Assembly (NCBI GenBank): GCA_013265495.1
Contig: MU058065.1
Location: forward strand, 3,823,003-3,887,002
Length of the DNA: 64,000 nt
From: Vicugna vicugna
Taxonomy: Eukaryota
Reading direction: 5' to 3'
Part shown: positions 39,260 to 52,820 of the stretch, piece by piece
Layout of the letters: each line of letters starts with the position of its first letter
How positions within the stretch are numbered: position 1 is the first letter of the stretch
Translations under genes and position numbers: made by a program
Notes under the pieces: model-generated
The model's input: only the letters and a program-made list of their open reading frames with translations
The model's database searches: none
What the model was told of the DNA's origin: nothing

Positions 39260-39830
39260 GTATTTTTAGTTAAATTTTTTGATTTAACATTTGTATGATT
39301 GAAAGACTTCTCTTGTTTCTTTTATATCATTCCGCAATTTTTATGAATATAAAAGAAAAAAATATAAATACATTTTCTAATCCCCCTTTTATGCAAAAGG
39401 TCTCATATTATGCATATTGTTCACATTTTATTTGCTTCACTTTATACATCTTGAAGATCCTTATCAATGCTTAGAAAGTGAACTCATTCTTTTTAATTTT
39501 TGTACCCATAGAATTCCCTTTTATATGTATACCATAAGTTATTTAATTATTTGGCTATTTAGGAACACTTGAATTGCTTCAATCATCTACTGTTAAAAAC
39601 AAGGGTGCAATGATGAATTCTTTCATAAGCCACTTTGAACATGTACAAATCTATCTGTAGGAGATTTTCCCAGAAACGGAATCTCTGGGTCCAAGAGTAT
39701 ATGCATTTGTAATTTTAATAGGTGTTGCCAAATCACCCTCAGCTGGAGTTGTACCCATGTACACACCTACTGGTGATGTTCAAGAGTGCCCATTTCCTGG
39801 CAGCCCCAGCAACAAAGTGTGTTAAAGTGA
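39260..39830 (-). mobile_element. Old L1ME3/4-like 3' fragment
   Basis: CCCAGAAACGGAATCTCTGGGTCCAAGAGTATATGCATTTGTAATTTTAATAGGTGTTGCCAAAT. Confidence 0.7.
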
Positions 39831-39989
39831 AAGGTTTTAAACTCATATTAAACAAATTTCCAGGATTAGAGAGCATTTGAGAAAGGAATTTGTTTCATAA
39901 CTAAAAAATCTCAATCTTCTGAACCCACCTTCCTTGGGCAGAAACAGCAAAAGTCATACTTGCTACATTCCGGGCGCTATGCCAGTGAT

Positions 39990-40685
39990 TAGGGAAACAA
40001 AGGGAAATGTGTTAGGTTTCATGCTTTCTTTTCCTTCCCTGACGCCTCACCCAACCCCGGCAAGTTATCAAGGCCTATTAATTCATTTTATGTTTCAAAG
40101 TAGTTTATTTATCTTCTCTCCATCCCTATGTGTGTGACTGCAGTAGCATCATAACTGCTCAGTCTCTACTCCTCTCAGCTCCAATCTATCGCCTCTCTTT
40201 GCCTAAACGATTTTTCCAGGATATGAATTTAACCTTGTCCCTCTTGATCTCTTTATCTCTCCTCTTGGCTTATGGTTCAAGGTCTAAATTCCTTAGTTCA
40301 GCATCTAAGTCCCCTTACAGTCTCACACGAACCTGCCCCTTCAACTACTCCCTCGGAGCTCAGCTCTGATGAACTGTGTGGTTTCCTTCCTCTCTGATTC
40401 TCTCCCTTTCCTTCTCTACCCGGCGAAATCTCTCTCATTTTCAAACTTTCCTTTTAAGCACCATCTCCTTTCATAAGTTTTCTCAGAACTCTTTTTTCAA
40501 CACTGCCATGCCAGTTGGTGTTAACTTTTCACACCTTCCTCTGAGACCTATAATTTGTCCTATATGTTTGTTTCCCCTATTCAACTGTGAGCTCATTGAA
40601 GACAGGGACCATTTCTTACTAACCTTAGACATTCAGTGCTCAGAACTGTGTCTGGTCAAAGAGGCTCAATAACTTTGTTTAATTA
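39990..40685 (+). mobile_element. L2 3' portion
   Basis: AGGTCTAAATTCCTTAG, AACTGTGAGCTCATTGAAGACAGGGACCAT, AGAGGCTCAATAAC. Confidence 0.7.
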
Positions 40686-40904
40686 TTTAATAACAGCTAG
40701 TTGATAAAAGTTCTGGACCAGTTCCAAGATCATATTCTAAAGAGAAATTATTTCAGTCTTTTAGCTAGTAGAAATGGACATGAATAACCTTGAATTCAAG
40801 GAGACCTCTGTGTGAGTCTGTTTTGTCACAAACCTGGCTTGAATTTGGACATTCAGATTCATGAATCTACCCAAGATCTGGGTAAGACTGCAGAAAATAA
40901 ATCA

Positions 40905-41320
40905 ACATTTTACACAGTCCCAGAGAATGGTTAGAGACTTGCCCAACCCATTCCTCTTCTTCCTGCATAAAGCTGGGTGGTCTCTCCCAGCCACCCTTGA
41001 AGGGCCATAGACTGAGTTCAGGCCAATGGAATACGGATGGAAGCAAGAAATGCTACTTCCAAGTCTAAAACCTTAAAAACTCCTGTGAAATTTCCACTTT
41101 CACTGTCTTTCCTCCTTCCTTGCCTGGATGCAGAAGGTCTTAGTGGAAAACTCTGAGGCCCTAGAACATGGTGGAATTGCATATCAGAACCACTACACGG
41201 AAGGCTACTTACCAAGGATTGAATTGGCTATTGATAGGGTTAAAAAATAAATATTATGCTTCATTACTAAGGTAATAGACTTATTTGTTACAGCATTTAG
41301 CTTATCCTGAAAATACACAG
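40905..41320 (+). mobile_element. MaLR solo LTR (MLT1H-like)
   Basis: CCATAGACTGAGTTCAGGCCAATGGAATACGGATGGAAG; end TTTGTTACAGCATTTAGCTTATCCTGAAAATACA. Confidence 0.7.
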
Positions 41321-41929
41321 TTGCAAACACACACACACACATATTCATGTTGTTTAATCTAATGACCACTCAGATTCTTCACCAGGAAAAATAAGGTGGG
41401 AGGTTCATGCGTAAATAGGACCAAATCAGAGTGGGCACATTCCCCTCCAGAGGGGGCACTAGGAAGACGCCTGCTGGTCTTTCTTGCCCTATTGCTGTGT
41501 GACCAGCACAGGAGTAAAATGGCCAATGGTGCATAGTTAACGTTCAAGTGCCAAGATGTCTGACAGTGAGGACTGGCATCATTTTAATACGTGCTTTCTC
41601 TTCTAATCAGCAATGGCCATTCTTTATGTGCAGCCACCAATTTTATTCTCTCCACACATCACTTCAGTCCCATAAAAGCATTTTTGCATAACTTCTTTTC
41701 AGATCAACCCTACTTCACGGGTGAAAACCCATTGCTCTGAGCCCACTGTCGCCATAAATCCTGCTTCCCAGCTTCAAAATACTGATGAGAAAAGGATTTG
41801 CCAAGGTGTTTTTTTTTTAGCATTGCATCTGTCTGCTTTTCCCAGATGAAGTTTATCAGCATAAATTGACCTAGACTCTGTGTTCTTTTTAACTAAGTAC
41901 CATACATATAGGTTTCTTTTTTTCTTCAA

Positions 41930-43305
41930 TAATACTCATTCCCCAGGGAACCTATCCACTCTTGTGACTAAAATAACCTATGTGCTGATGACTCTCAAAT
42001 ACATACCACCAGGCTTCTTTCCTGAATTTCAGATGCTTCCAACCAACTGTCTACCCTGTACCCTTAATTTGAATGTGTGGGCATCTACACTCTGAATTTA
42101 ACCTACACATTGAACGGACATCTCTAACTTCAAATTGAGTTCTTGGTCTTTCTTCTTTTCCCTGCCTTCTCCATCCTGGTGGATGGCAACTCCATCCTTC
42201 CACCTGCTCAGATCAAAACCCTCTGTGTCTCTTCTCTCTCCCTCACCTCACTCTCTTGTCAGCAGCATACCTGGACTTTGATCACTTCTTACCATCTTGC
42301 CACAACCCTTGCCTTACCACCACTATTTTCCACTTGGACTAGTGAAATAGACACTTACTTCACCCATCTCTCTTTCCATTTGCTCCTTCCAAACTTGTAG
42401 ACTATTCTTAACATAGCGGCTAGTTACCTTTTTAAAATGTAAGGCAGATGTCAATCCTCTGTTCAAAACCCTTCTAATCCACATCTGTATTAGTCAGGCA
42501 GGCCAGGCTCTGCTGCAGAAACAAATGTACCCTAACAATCTCCACGGTGTAATGTGGCAAAGCTTTATTTTTTATTCAGGTGAAGTCTGATGTAAGTCAG
42601 GTGGTTCTAACCATTTCCATTTGGAACAGTTGGATTTGGAGGACATGTTATTAGGGCAGAGAGATACGGAGGAGGCACAACGACCCTTTACTGCCTTGAT
42701 CTGGAAGTGATAAATATCACTTCTGCTCAGAGCTAGCCACATGCCATGAACCACCTGCGCTGGAGACTGGGATATGTAGAAGAGTACTTGATTATTCTGG
42801 GATCTGACTCTTTGTTTACACATGCATCTCAAAGGAAAGGCTGAAGATCTTGCTATGAACGCCAAAGCCTCGTAAGATCTGCACTCTTCTTGCTTTTACC
42901 CACGCTAATCTGTAATTCTCTGATTCCATTCCTACTGTTCTCTTTGATATCACCTCTGTTGCAGACTTGCTGCCTTCCTTGCTATTCCGTGCACGTGTCA
43001 GGTTCACTCCACCCGGAATGCTCCTCCCCCAGACGTTTGCATGCTTCTCCCCTGACTTCTATCAGACTCTAATTCAAAATTCACCTTTCAGCTCTTGCCC
43101 TAACATTTCACATCCCTCTTCTTTGCTCTATTTTTTCCCTAGCATATTATTATCCAACATCTATATTTTTCTTAATTATCTTATTTGTTAATCATACCTC
43201 CCACCAAAGCATAAGCTTTGAGAGATCAGACCTTTTTGTTCCAACATCTAGAAAGAGTCTGGCACATAACTGACATACAAATAATTGTTCAATAAATGAA
43301 TAAAT
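41930..43305 (+). mobile_element. L2, interrupted by an MLT1 LTR at 42487-42820
   Basis: CTATGTGCTGATGACTCTCAAAT, GGATGGCAACTCCATCCTTCC, end GGCACATAAC...TGTTCAATAAATGAATAAAT. Confidence 0.75.
42487..42820 (-). mobile_element. MaLR solo LTR (MLT1I/J-like)
   Basis: Starts TGTATTAGTCAGG; GGAAGTGATAAATATCACTTCTGCTCA. Confidence 0.7.
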
Positions 43306-43938
43306 AATTTCTTTCTAAACTGTCCTATGTCCTCTCTTATCTTTTCTCTCACTCTAAAATGATTCAATCCTAGATCTCTAAGTTTAGCTCCTTTGAGGCC
43401 AGACTTAAGCAAACAACCTACAACATATGTCCATGACAAAAAAAAGATAAGAGAATCAATTCACAGGGCATGCCTTGTTAACGATATAAGTAATGATATG
43501 CTGTATACAGACAACACGATATTTAACTCCTCCTATGGCCCCATATGCCTATCTCTGTTGAAATGTAAAAACTCTCAGCAATAGTCCTTCCATGATATAT
43601 TTAACCTGAATATGATTTAAATGTTTTTCTAGTTTCCTCTCATGCAGAATAGCACCTCCCACAAGCAATGATCTAAATATTTAGAGAATAAGAAACCCTT
43701 GAATCTTACGGCTTTATATTATGTTACACAGCTCCTCTGATCTTCCTCAGTGCAGCTTCACATCCTTAAAATTATTTTTAATTGTTTCTGCTGCTTGTTA
43801 TTGGAGAATAAAAGTGTACATGTGGACAGAGCCAGTTGGAGGTAGGAAGTGAAATCATGGTCTAGGTTCTTCCACAAAAAGAATGATTCTGCTGGGAGCT
43901 GCCCTCATTTAGTGAGGGATGGTTAGCACCTACCGTTG

Positions 43939-43951
43939 GTTTCCTAGCAAC
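43939..43951 (+). promoter_or_regulatory. RFX X-box motif
   Basis: GTTTCCTAGCAAC fits the RFX X-box pattern; lies in non-repeat sequence. Confidence 0.4.
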
Positions 43952-44609
43952 AAGAAGCTTTCCTGCAGCTAGAACGGAGGGTCATTTCTGCATCTTCTCT
44001 TTAGATTCTCTTGGACTCTCTGAGAAGAAATTAATCTGGAAAATTCCCAGAACATAAGATGTATTGAAAAAAGTGTGTGTGTGTCGGGGGAGCCAAGGGG
44101 AGGTGGCTGTGCATATGGAGAGGGAGATGAGGAGAAGGAAAGTAGGGAGAGCAGGGGAAGAAGAATGACATAAAGGGATAGGAGAAAAAAATCAATGAAA
44201 ATACCAGAGGGGCCAGGAGAATTTTAAGAGTCTGTATTCTCATTGCTGCCCGAACAACCTGTATTCTAACAGAAGACATGACAAATGAGGCTTATTCACC
44301 AACTTGCTGTTTATTTTATGTCATTTTGCTTTAGAACTCTGATATTTGTTTTTCTTTTTATGAGCCAAATCCACAGGCTTTCTCTGTCTAAATTCTGTGC
44401 GTCTTTGATACGATAACTATATTTGAATGTTGTTTCCTATTTGCCTCTGTCCAGAGAAGTTCGAAAACATACCAGATTGGGGACTCCAGATAGGTCTTGC
44501 CTCTTTGTCTGATATCTACCTGTTAGCTGTATGACATTGGTCAATTATTTAAGCTCCCGAAATCTCAGTCTCCTCATGTGAAAATAGGAAGAATAATACT
44601 TGCCTGGGC

Positions 44610-45140
44610 AGACACTGCTAGTGTCTTACCGCTCTCTCTTTGCCTTTCTCTTTGTTAACAATGCTCTGATTTGGTTTGGATCAACACTGTGTCTAGCTTT
44701 AAAAGAAAAGAAAGTTCAACTTGATTTTCCAGCGTTCCTTGCAGGGAGAATTATGGGATATTTCCTGCCAATTAGATATAAACAGAAGTCTATTTGTTAG
44801 AGCTTCCAGGAAAGATATTGTTTTCCTGATTAAAAAAAAAAGAACTGACTCACTTGGAACAAATCTCCAACCTAGCTCTCTTCCTCAGCACTGAAACTCT
44901 AACAAAACACCTAGGGGTGCAGCAGTGATGGGTAACCATGAGCACAAGAACCTTCCACTAAGGCTGGAAGAACATGAAGTCACAGGAGCCCAGATCCTTA
45001 TTGATTTCCTCCAGTGGCTGTACCCAGTGTCTACCTCCAGGTGGGTTTTAAGATGATAAAAACAAGCCTCTATGGTTAAGCCCCTATTTGTTGTTTTCCT
45101 GTTTGTTGAGTTTTCTGCTACTTGCCATCAAATGAATACT
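44610..45140 (+). mobile_element. MaLR solo LTR (old MLT1) splitting a MIR (44470-44600 and 45140-45220)
   Basis: TTTTCCAGCGTTCCTTGCAG, CTGCCAATTAGATATAAACAGAAGTC; MIR core CTCAGTCTCCTCATGTGAAAATAGGAAG upstream. Confidence 0.65.
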
Positions 45141-46252
45141 CTGCCTCGCAGATTGGTTGTAAAGATCAGTTCAATATGATAATTAGCTCAAGTACTCACC
45201 TCATGGAAGGCGGCACGCTAGTAGTTCCTTTGCCTGTAATTTCTCCAGTTCTATATTGTTGCTAAACTATTTCCTGGGCTTTTTATCTTACAAAAATGTT
45301 TTGCATGAACATCAAAATGAAAGTAGACTATCTTGGATTCCGTATAACTTTTTGCCATTATATGCATTGTTCACCTGATAACAATGCCACATATAATCAC
45401 AATTTTCCCTCATCCCTCTAATGTCTTCTCAGTCGTACAGAGTGTAGAAAATTCTGGTTTTATTGGTCTAATTCTGTCACTGACTTGCTTTGTAATTTTG
45501 CATAAATTCATCTCACAAAGTCTCTTCTTCACTTTAAAATGAGGAAATTAAACTAGGTCAGTAGTCTATAAAATGTGCATAGATATTTTATGAATAAAGA
45601 GTTCTATAATCAAATAACCCTGGGAACTGTTCTGTGCTTTTTCCATACCTTTCTTGGAGTGCTATACACTTTTTATACACCCCTCTTAGAGGTGCACTAA
45701 GTATGTTAGTGTTTTAAGGAATGTAAGAAGAACAATAGGACAAAGATGTGATTTTAGTTAGCTTATGTAACCAGCACCTCCAAAACTTGTTTGATTAGAC
45801 AGTTGCATTAGCCAATATTACACAATACCTGCCAACCTAAGGGTTTTATGATCATAACTTTAGGAAGCCAAGACCAATTGATCCCTAAGTTTTATTCCAC
45901 TGCAGCATACTGAGTTTATCTGGGATTTTAATTCCTGGATATTCTTGGAAATTCCCACCAACTCTTCTGATTTTCAACCCCATTTACTCTAAAGCACCAA
46001 GTTACTTGGAGTCAAACACAATGGGTGGTGAATTTTTATTGAACTCATAGTAACCAAGATGTTTACCTTAATTTGGTAATTCTATAATACTTAAAATGAG
46101 AAATTGCTCTAGGCAATCTTTATGAGAGAGTTGTAAAGGGATAGTTGAACATCAGCTGAGTATGGTGAGCATAAGTTTTCCTTTCTTTTTAAGATCTACA
46201 ACTCATTTGGGTCTTTAAAATGATAGTATCTATTTGAGGCCTAGATCATGAC

Positions 46253-47269
46253 TTTTTTTTTGTTTTTACTTTTTAAAAATTAAAGTATAGTTAATTTATA
46301 ATGTATTAATTTCTGGTGTGTAGCATAGTGATTCAGTTATACATATATATACATATATTCTTTTTCATTGTAGGTTATTACAAACTACTGAATATAGTTT
46401 CATGTGTTAAACAGTAGAACTTTGTTGTTTATCCATTTTACATATAGTAATTTCTATCTGCTAATCCCAAATTCTTAATTTATCCCTCCCCATCCTCTAT
46501 TTCCCCTTTGGCAACCATAAATTTGTTTTCTATGTCTTTGAGTTTGTTTCTGTTTGTATTTGTATCATTTTTTAGATTCCACATATAAGTGACATCATGT
46601 GATATTTGGCTTTCTCTGTCTGACTTACTTTACTTGGTATGATAACTTCTAGATCTATCCATGTTGCTGCCAATGGTATTATTTCATTTTTATGGTTGAG
46701 TAGTATTCCACTTGTATATGTTCCATTGATCTATGTGTCTATTTTTGTGTGGCACCAAACTGTTCTGACTACTGTAGCTCTGTAATATAGTCTGAAGTCA
46801 GGAAGCATGATGCTTCCAACTCTGTTCTTCTTTCTCAAGATTATTTTGACTATTCGGCATCTTTTGTATTTCCACATAAATTTTAAAACTATTTGTTCTA
46901 GCTCTGTGAAAAATGTCATTGGTATTTTGATAAGGATTGCATGGAATCTGTAGATTGCCTTGGGTAGTATGGTCATTTTAACAATATTGATTTCTCCAGT
47001 CCATGAACATAGTGTAGCTTTTGATCTGTTTGTTTCCTCTTCTGGGTCCCCTGTTAGGGGTGTGGGTCTTGACTAGATTGCTTCTCCTCCTCTCCTACCA
47101 GACTTTATGTGGTTCTTTCTTTACAGCCTTGGTTGTAGAAAACCCATTCTGCTAGTCTTTCAGGTCATTCTCAGTCAGAGTTATTCTACACGTGGTTGTA
47201 GTTTTGATGTGTTCGTGGGGGGAGGTGAGCTCAGAGGCTTCCTACACTGCCATCTTGCTCCTTCCTCCC
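46253..47269 (-). mobile_element. Internally deleted L1 retaining 5' terminus, an ORF2 piece and 3' terminus
   Basis: 5' start GGGAGGAAGGAGCAAGATGGC (YY1-like) at 47269; ORF2 peptide [19 protein letters not shown] (46731-46976); 3'UTR and poly(A) at 46253-46717. Confidence 0.8.
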
Positions 47270-47804
47270 ATGTATTTTATTTTTGGAAAAGAAGTAGGAT
47301 CTTTTTTTACAAATGTATCCCTACTGACTTAAGATTGTCTGTGTGCTGGATTTTAACTCAATGCCTCTATGATGTTTGAGTATCTTCCTCCCTTTCGCTC
47401 ACATTAAAACTCATAATAATAATTTATGATGGCTGTGAGTCTCTATAGGATCCAGGGCAACAGATCTGTGGCAGAGTGGTCTATCATGAAACACCTTGAG
47501 GCAAACTCTGTGGAAAAAGCAACTTCTCATCTCAGTGCATTTTGCTCTGCTCAACTTCACTGTTTTCCTTTAGCAGCTTGAGGGTACTGCTGACAAATTT
47601 TTAAAATTGTGATGTTTCTGTATTTATGCTGATAACTCGTTTTGAAGATTGTTAATATTTTATCAGAACCATATTTCTCTACCAATGCAATTTTAAGGAC
47701 TTTATTATATTCTTATTTGGTTTTATTTCATTCTGTTGATGTCAAAAACATGTGAATATCTCTCGTAATTAAATGAAAGTTAGTAGAAAATGGACTCTTA
47801 TACA

Positions 47805-48553
47805 ACTGTTTGTCTGATTTTTGACATGAATTCTGATGTCAGATGTGTGGTGTTTTCTGACACCAACCAATACTCCAATTCTCTGATTTTCTGAGCCACA
47901 CTCGATGTCCTGAAATTTAGTTCAATTCTGACACTAACTACCTGGAATTAGCACAGACCTTACAGCTCAAGGGCTCAGTGCCACCAGACTGGTCCCTCTT
48001 CAGATACCAGCTGCAAATGGTTTACTACAAATTCAGAGGTTCTCATGACCCCATCTGCAAGGTTTGATAATTCACTAAACAATTCACAGAACTTAGAACA
48101 CTTATGTTTGTCTGTTTAGATACAACTAGGAATAGCCAAACGGAAGAGACTCAAAAAGCGGAGTGGGAATGGGGATGGGGCATCCTCCCAGCACTTCCAC
48201 GTGTTCAATATTCTGGAAGGTTTCCAAACCCTCTCTATTAAGAATTTTTATGAGAATTTCATTATGCAGGAAAGATTGATTAAATCATTGGCCATTGGTG
48301 GTAAACTAAATCTCTAGTGCCTTTACTTTCCCTGGAGAGAAAGTAAAGATTGGGCCAAAAGTTTCAAGTCTCTAATGATAACTTAGACTTTCTGGTGACC
48401 AGCTCCCATCCTGTTTAACTTTCTAGGGGTTTCCAGCCACCAGTCACCTCATTATCATACATACAACATTCATATCATTCCAGAGATTCCAAGAGTTTAA
48501 GAATCTCTGTGCTAAAGGCAAAGATAGAGTATATATATTTTTATTATATCACA
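47805..48553 (-). mobile_element. MER21-family LTR
   Basis: Minus strand starts TGTGATATAATAAAAATATATAT; contains TTCAATTCTGACACTAACTACCTGGA and GATTGATTAAATCATTGGCCATTGGTG. Confidence 0.8.
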
Positions 48554-48729
48554 AAATAATTCTCTTTTTAGGCAATTTGTAGGAGGGATGCATTCATTCG
48601 TTAAATGGGATAACACTGTTACTTCCAAAGTAACAGTCATAAACAAAGGAGGGATTTAGATTTAAAGAAATATATATTTTTTAAATTTAAAAATATGTTT
48701 AATGAAAATAAGACATATGTGATGCTGAC

Positions 48730-49018
48730 CAGTGATTCTTAAACTACATGGTGAAGGAATGTGTATTTTTTTTAGGACTAATCCATTACAGATTAACGCT
48801 TTTGTAAAACGCAATAAAAATGAATTACCATGAAAATGAAGTAGAAAAACATGAGATGTACAAAATGTAAGCCCCAAATTATTATTGTAAGATCCAACAG
48901 ATGGAGAATTACTATGTCAAATTGCTAAGAACTTTTCTAAATGCTTACTCTTAATCTCTGTACTTATCTAGTTAAGGGCTGGTAACAATTTGCAGACCGT
49001 CACACTTTGAGTTGCACC
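48730..49018. mobile_element. hAT-Charlie-type DNA transposon remnant
   Basis: CAGTGATTCTTAAACT start, CACACTTTGAGTTGCACCG end, internal GTCAAATTGCTAAGAACTTTTCTAAATGCTTACTC. Confidence 0.55.
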
Positions 49019-49359
49019 GACACACACTGCCAGATATTCTCAGGCCAATTTAATTGAAGTGATAAAATTCCATTTAGTGAGAACCCCTAGTATACTAATC
49101 ATGCAAGAGTTTATTAATTTCTTTTTCAGTTCATCTTTGAACATTTCCTTAGCCTAAAGAGCTGCACACTATCATTGTGCATTCTTATCTCAGCCAGAAG
49201 TAGTTTTTCTGTTAAACAAAGCCTCATAACGCTGAGCAGCATTTGCCTGAGCACCTTCTCTCTGTTGTCACTATCCATGTGGCCTCTCATTTACTAAACT
49301 GCAAGTATTATAGAGTTTAATGCCATGGTGTTTTTTTTTTTTCCTTTTCTTATTCAGGC

Positions 49360-49655
49360 CTTACTCAGTTTGTGGTAGACATGGAGACACCCTCAGTAGA
49401 CACTATAGATGCCCTAGTGAGTAACAGTAGTGGGGATACTAAAAACCCAGCCATCATGGCCCAAATAAGGACACTCTAATGGACGGGACTAGCTTCAGAA
49501 CAACCTGGAAATTCAGACCACACGTTTGTTGGGCTTCAGTTGGAGTACAGCTTCTCCCTTGCCCCACTCTGCTTCCTTGTTCTTACTTTCACAAGTATTG
49601 ATCTGTTGAATCACAAACTCCGTATCAGCATCTGCTCTGGTGAACCCGACATCCA
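49360..49655 (+). mobile_element. ERVL solo LTR (LTR16A/B-like)
   Basis: CAGCTTCTCCCTTGCCCCACTCTGCTTCCTT...TTTCACAAGTATTGATC...CTCCGTATCAGCATCTGCT. Confidence 0.6.
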
Positions 49656-49826
49656 GTACAGTCCTTTACACACTCAGTGAGTGACTAAACAAGATTCCCA
49701 TGCTCAGCTTCATCAGTCTGGTTAAAAAGAGCTTTTTGGTGGAACTGGATAGACAGAATGATAATAATTGTTGGCATTGACCTCAGAGTAAGAGGGGTTG
49801 ATGATCCGGCTAAAGAGTTACGTAAG

Positions 49827-50160
49827 GATGGTGATGATGATGATGATGATGTCAATGATAACAGCTCTCACTGTGTGATAGATACACTTCTATGACACTA
49901 TGAGAAAGTACTATTATCATTTTCAGTTTAAAAATTAGGAAACTGAACAACCCCTCACGTAGGAAGTGGTAGAGCCAAGGTTTGGACCCATCTCTTAGCT
50001 ATTACTTACTTTGGTTATCTAATAATGTATACTACATGAAGATAGAATTTTTTGTCACTTTTCTTCATTACTGAACGCACCCCTACTCCCAGAACCACAA
50101 CAGCGACTAGCATATCATAGGAGCTCAGTAAATATTTGTTAAATGAGTGAATGAATGAGT
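49827..50160. mobile_element. MIR (minus, with (GAT)n) followed by L2 3' end (plus)
   Basis: GATGATGATGAT run, AATTAGGAAACTGAA, GGAAGTGGTAGAGCCAAGGTTTGGACCCA; then GAGCTCAGTAAATATTTGTTAAATGAGTGAATGAATG. Confidence 0.6.
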
Positions 50161-52314
50161 GGCCTTTAATTAAGACTTTCAGATCAATTTCAAAAAAATG
50201 CTTGCTTTGGTGGCAGGGGTCAGTTCCTTTTTAACAGACCCATGTCATATAATATAGTATTTTGTACATAGTACATGTACTAATGATGTTTGCATATTAA
50301 ACTAAGTAAAAGTAGAACTTTCTATTGACTGATGTCACATGTGCTAATTTTGTACTTGCTAACTTAAACTTTGCACATTAAACTTGAGGTGTCTCCTGGA
50401 CTGCTACCCTTCTGGAGAGCCTCAGAAGATTCAGTGTTGCTATGCACTGGCAAGGAGCCTGCATCTATGAGACACCTCTTACAGGAGACTTCTGAGATGC
50501 AGTACTTTCCTTTCTCAAGGCATAGCTCCCAGGGCCCAAGGTTTGACCATTAGTGGCTATGTGTACACTCAGGAACCTGGGGTAGTCGCCTGGTCCTAGC
50601 TGGACTGAAGAGATATTCTCTCCTGAGAAGCTAACCATGGAACAAACAGACATCAAATCTGAGAGTCTTTAAATCTAAGTTATGTTAGGTATAGAACAAT
50701 GATTAGAAGGTCTATGAACTCTTGCAGCTGGAGCCTCCCTGGTTCCTTCCCTAGCTAAGTCTTGCTGGTGACTGGGAGATACCATAACTTACTGGTATCA
50801 AATGTCCTCTTTAGCTGAATCACCAGTGTTGATTTCTGTGACTGGTAATGTAAAGAACTGACACAAACATGCTGTGACTCAGGGGATACCCATGCTCATT
50901 TAGCGGCAGGGCATAGCATAAATTACCAGATATGTTCACCTGATCACATAAAATGGGAGGGGCCTGGGTTTGATGGAGATGCACACAGGATCTGGAGTGG
51001 AGGTGGGAAAAAAGGTTGTGGTTTCCTGGGGTCTTTTGTTTATAACTTCAGCTGGCCAATTCCAGCTCCTGTGCACGAAAAGGAGAGAATAGCAAAGAGC
51101 AATTGTCTGAAGACTGTTGCTTTCAATTTTGGATTCAGAGAAAAGCCAAGTTTCTTAAGTTACTATAAGCTCAAAGGGTTTGCTTAATAATATTTTTAAA
51201 GTTCCATTGACTTTTTTTGCCTTTTGTTTTCTGCTCTAAAAGATCATTAAACTAAGCTCTCTCTCATGCCATGTTGGCATTCCCAAGGAAGATTCATGAT
51301 TGGATTATGTTCCTAGGCCATATAAATCAAACCCGATAGCAGGGATATGTTGATGGCTTGAAGTAAGTGAAAAATAAATTAGGAAACGAGAAGGCCTGGG
51401 GTAGCAAAGACATACATTTAAAATTTAAATCTCAAATGATGAAAAGCTTGGAAAAGCCATTTTGAAAACCTAGCTTAGACTTTTCTAAATGAGTGAAAAT
51501 GGGGAGCGAGGGGAATACGTTAGGAGATGTGAACGAATTTGGTTTACAGATAAGTCCTTGTAACTCGAAGGAGAAAGTCTACATGTTTAAGCAATACCGG
51601 AAAGTCCTTTCAAAAGTTATTACAGCCTCAAGAGAAATAATTTAGAGTGTTTTAAAAAATGTTTAACTAATAGAATAGATTACTTGTGGCATTTGAAATG
51701 AGAACTTCATGTTGAAGGTATACAGTCATCAGGCTATACAAACCTTCTCTGATAAATGTATTATATGCGTTGGTCTACATTATTCCCAACTCGGAGGATT
51801 TGGCGAAAATGAAGGAAGAGATGTGCCTAAATCAAATATCACAGTGCCAGCTGACAGTTGATACCTAATAATTGTAGATTATTAATAGATCCCTTTTCCT
51901 TCCCTCTGAAACTTGAAACTTAACAAAGCAAGATTTTAATTTATGTAAATTTGTCCTAGTTTAGAGAGAAACAGCTCCCTTGTGGCAGAGATAAGGAGGA
52001 TGATTATAAAGTTCTACTAAATTAATAAAAAGGGTGCATTTCTAATCTACAGAGGTTTCATTTTACTAAAACTTATTCAAAGTTTCCACATCTAAGAGTT
52101 TATACACCCTGTCTGCATGCCTGCTGCTCCTTCTCACATCCCTTTTCTAAGGATAGGGAGGGTGGGGTCAGGTTGGATATTATTCAAATTGGAATTAAAG
52201 GTGAATTTCATTCATAGTATTTTAGATTTAGAAAGTTTGAATACATTTTGAATGAGAGCTTTTTTTTCCCTTTATGCTTAAAAACTGGCTATCTAAATTT
52301 TACTCCTAAAAAAA

Positions 52315-52820
52315 AATAATTGGATAAAAAAGTTGCAGTATATTTATATAATGGAATACTACTCAGCTATAAAAAATAATAAAATAATGCCATTTGCAGC
52401 CACATGAATGGACCTGGGGATTGTCATCATAATCTGAAGTAAGCCAGAAAGAGAAAGAAAAATACCATATGATATCACTTATATGTGGAATCTAATTAAA
52501 AGGATAAATGAATCTGTTTACAAAACAGAAACAAACTCACAGACATAGAAAACAAACTTATGGTTACTGTGGGGGTGGAGGTTGGAAAGGATAAAGTGGG
52601 AGTTTGAGATTTGCAGATACTAACTACTACATATAAAATAGATAAACAACAAGTTTTTACTGTATAACACAGAGAACTATATTTAATATCTTACAGTAAC
52701 CTACAATGAAAAAGAATATGAAAATGAATATATGTATGTATATGAGTGAAACATTATGCTGCACACCAAGAATTGACACATTGTAAACTGATTATACATC
52801 AATAAAAAATAGATAAATAA
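52315..52820 (+). mobile_element. 5'-truncated lineage L1 (ORF2 end plus 3'UTR)
   Basis: ATGGAATACTACTCAGCTATAAAAAA...GCCATTTGCAGC; ends TTGACACATTGTAAACTGATTATACATCAATAAAAAA. Confidence 0.85.

Noticed and set aside
41444..41461. CTCF-like CCTCCAGAGGGGGCACTA
   Set aside because: Either alignment breaks a key position or needs an indel; much weaker than the 61458 site
50269..50282. Perfect 14-bp palindrome TAGTACATGTACTA
   Set aside because: A few such palindromes are expected by chance in 64 kb of AT-rich DNA
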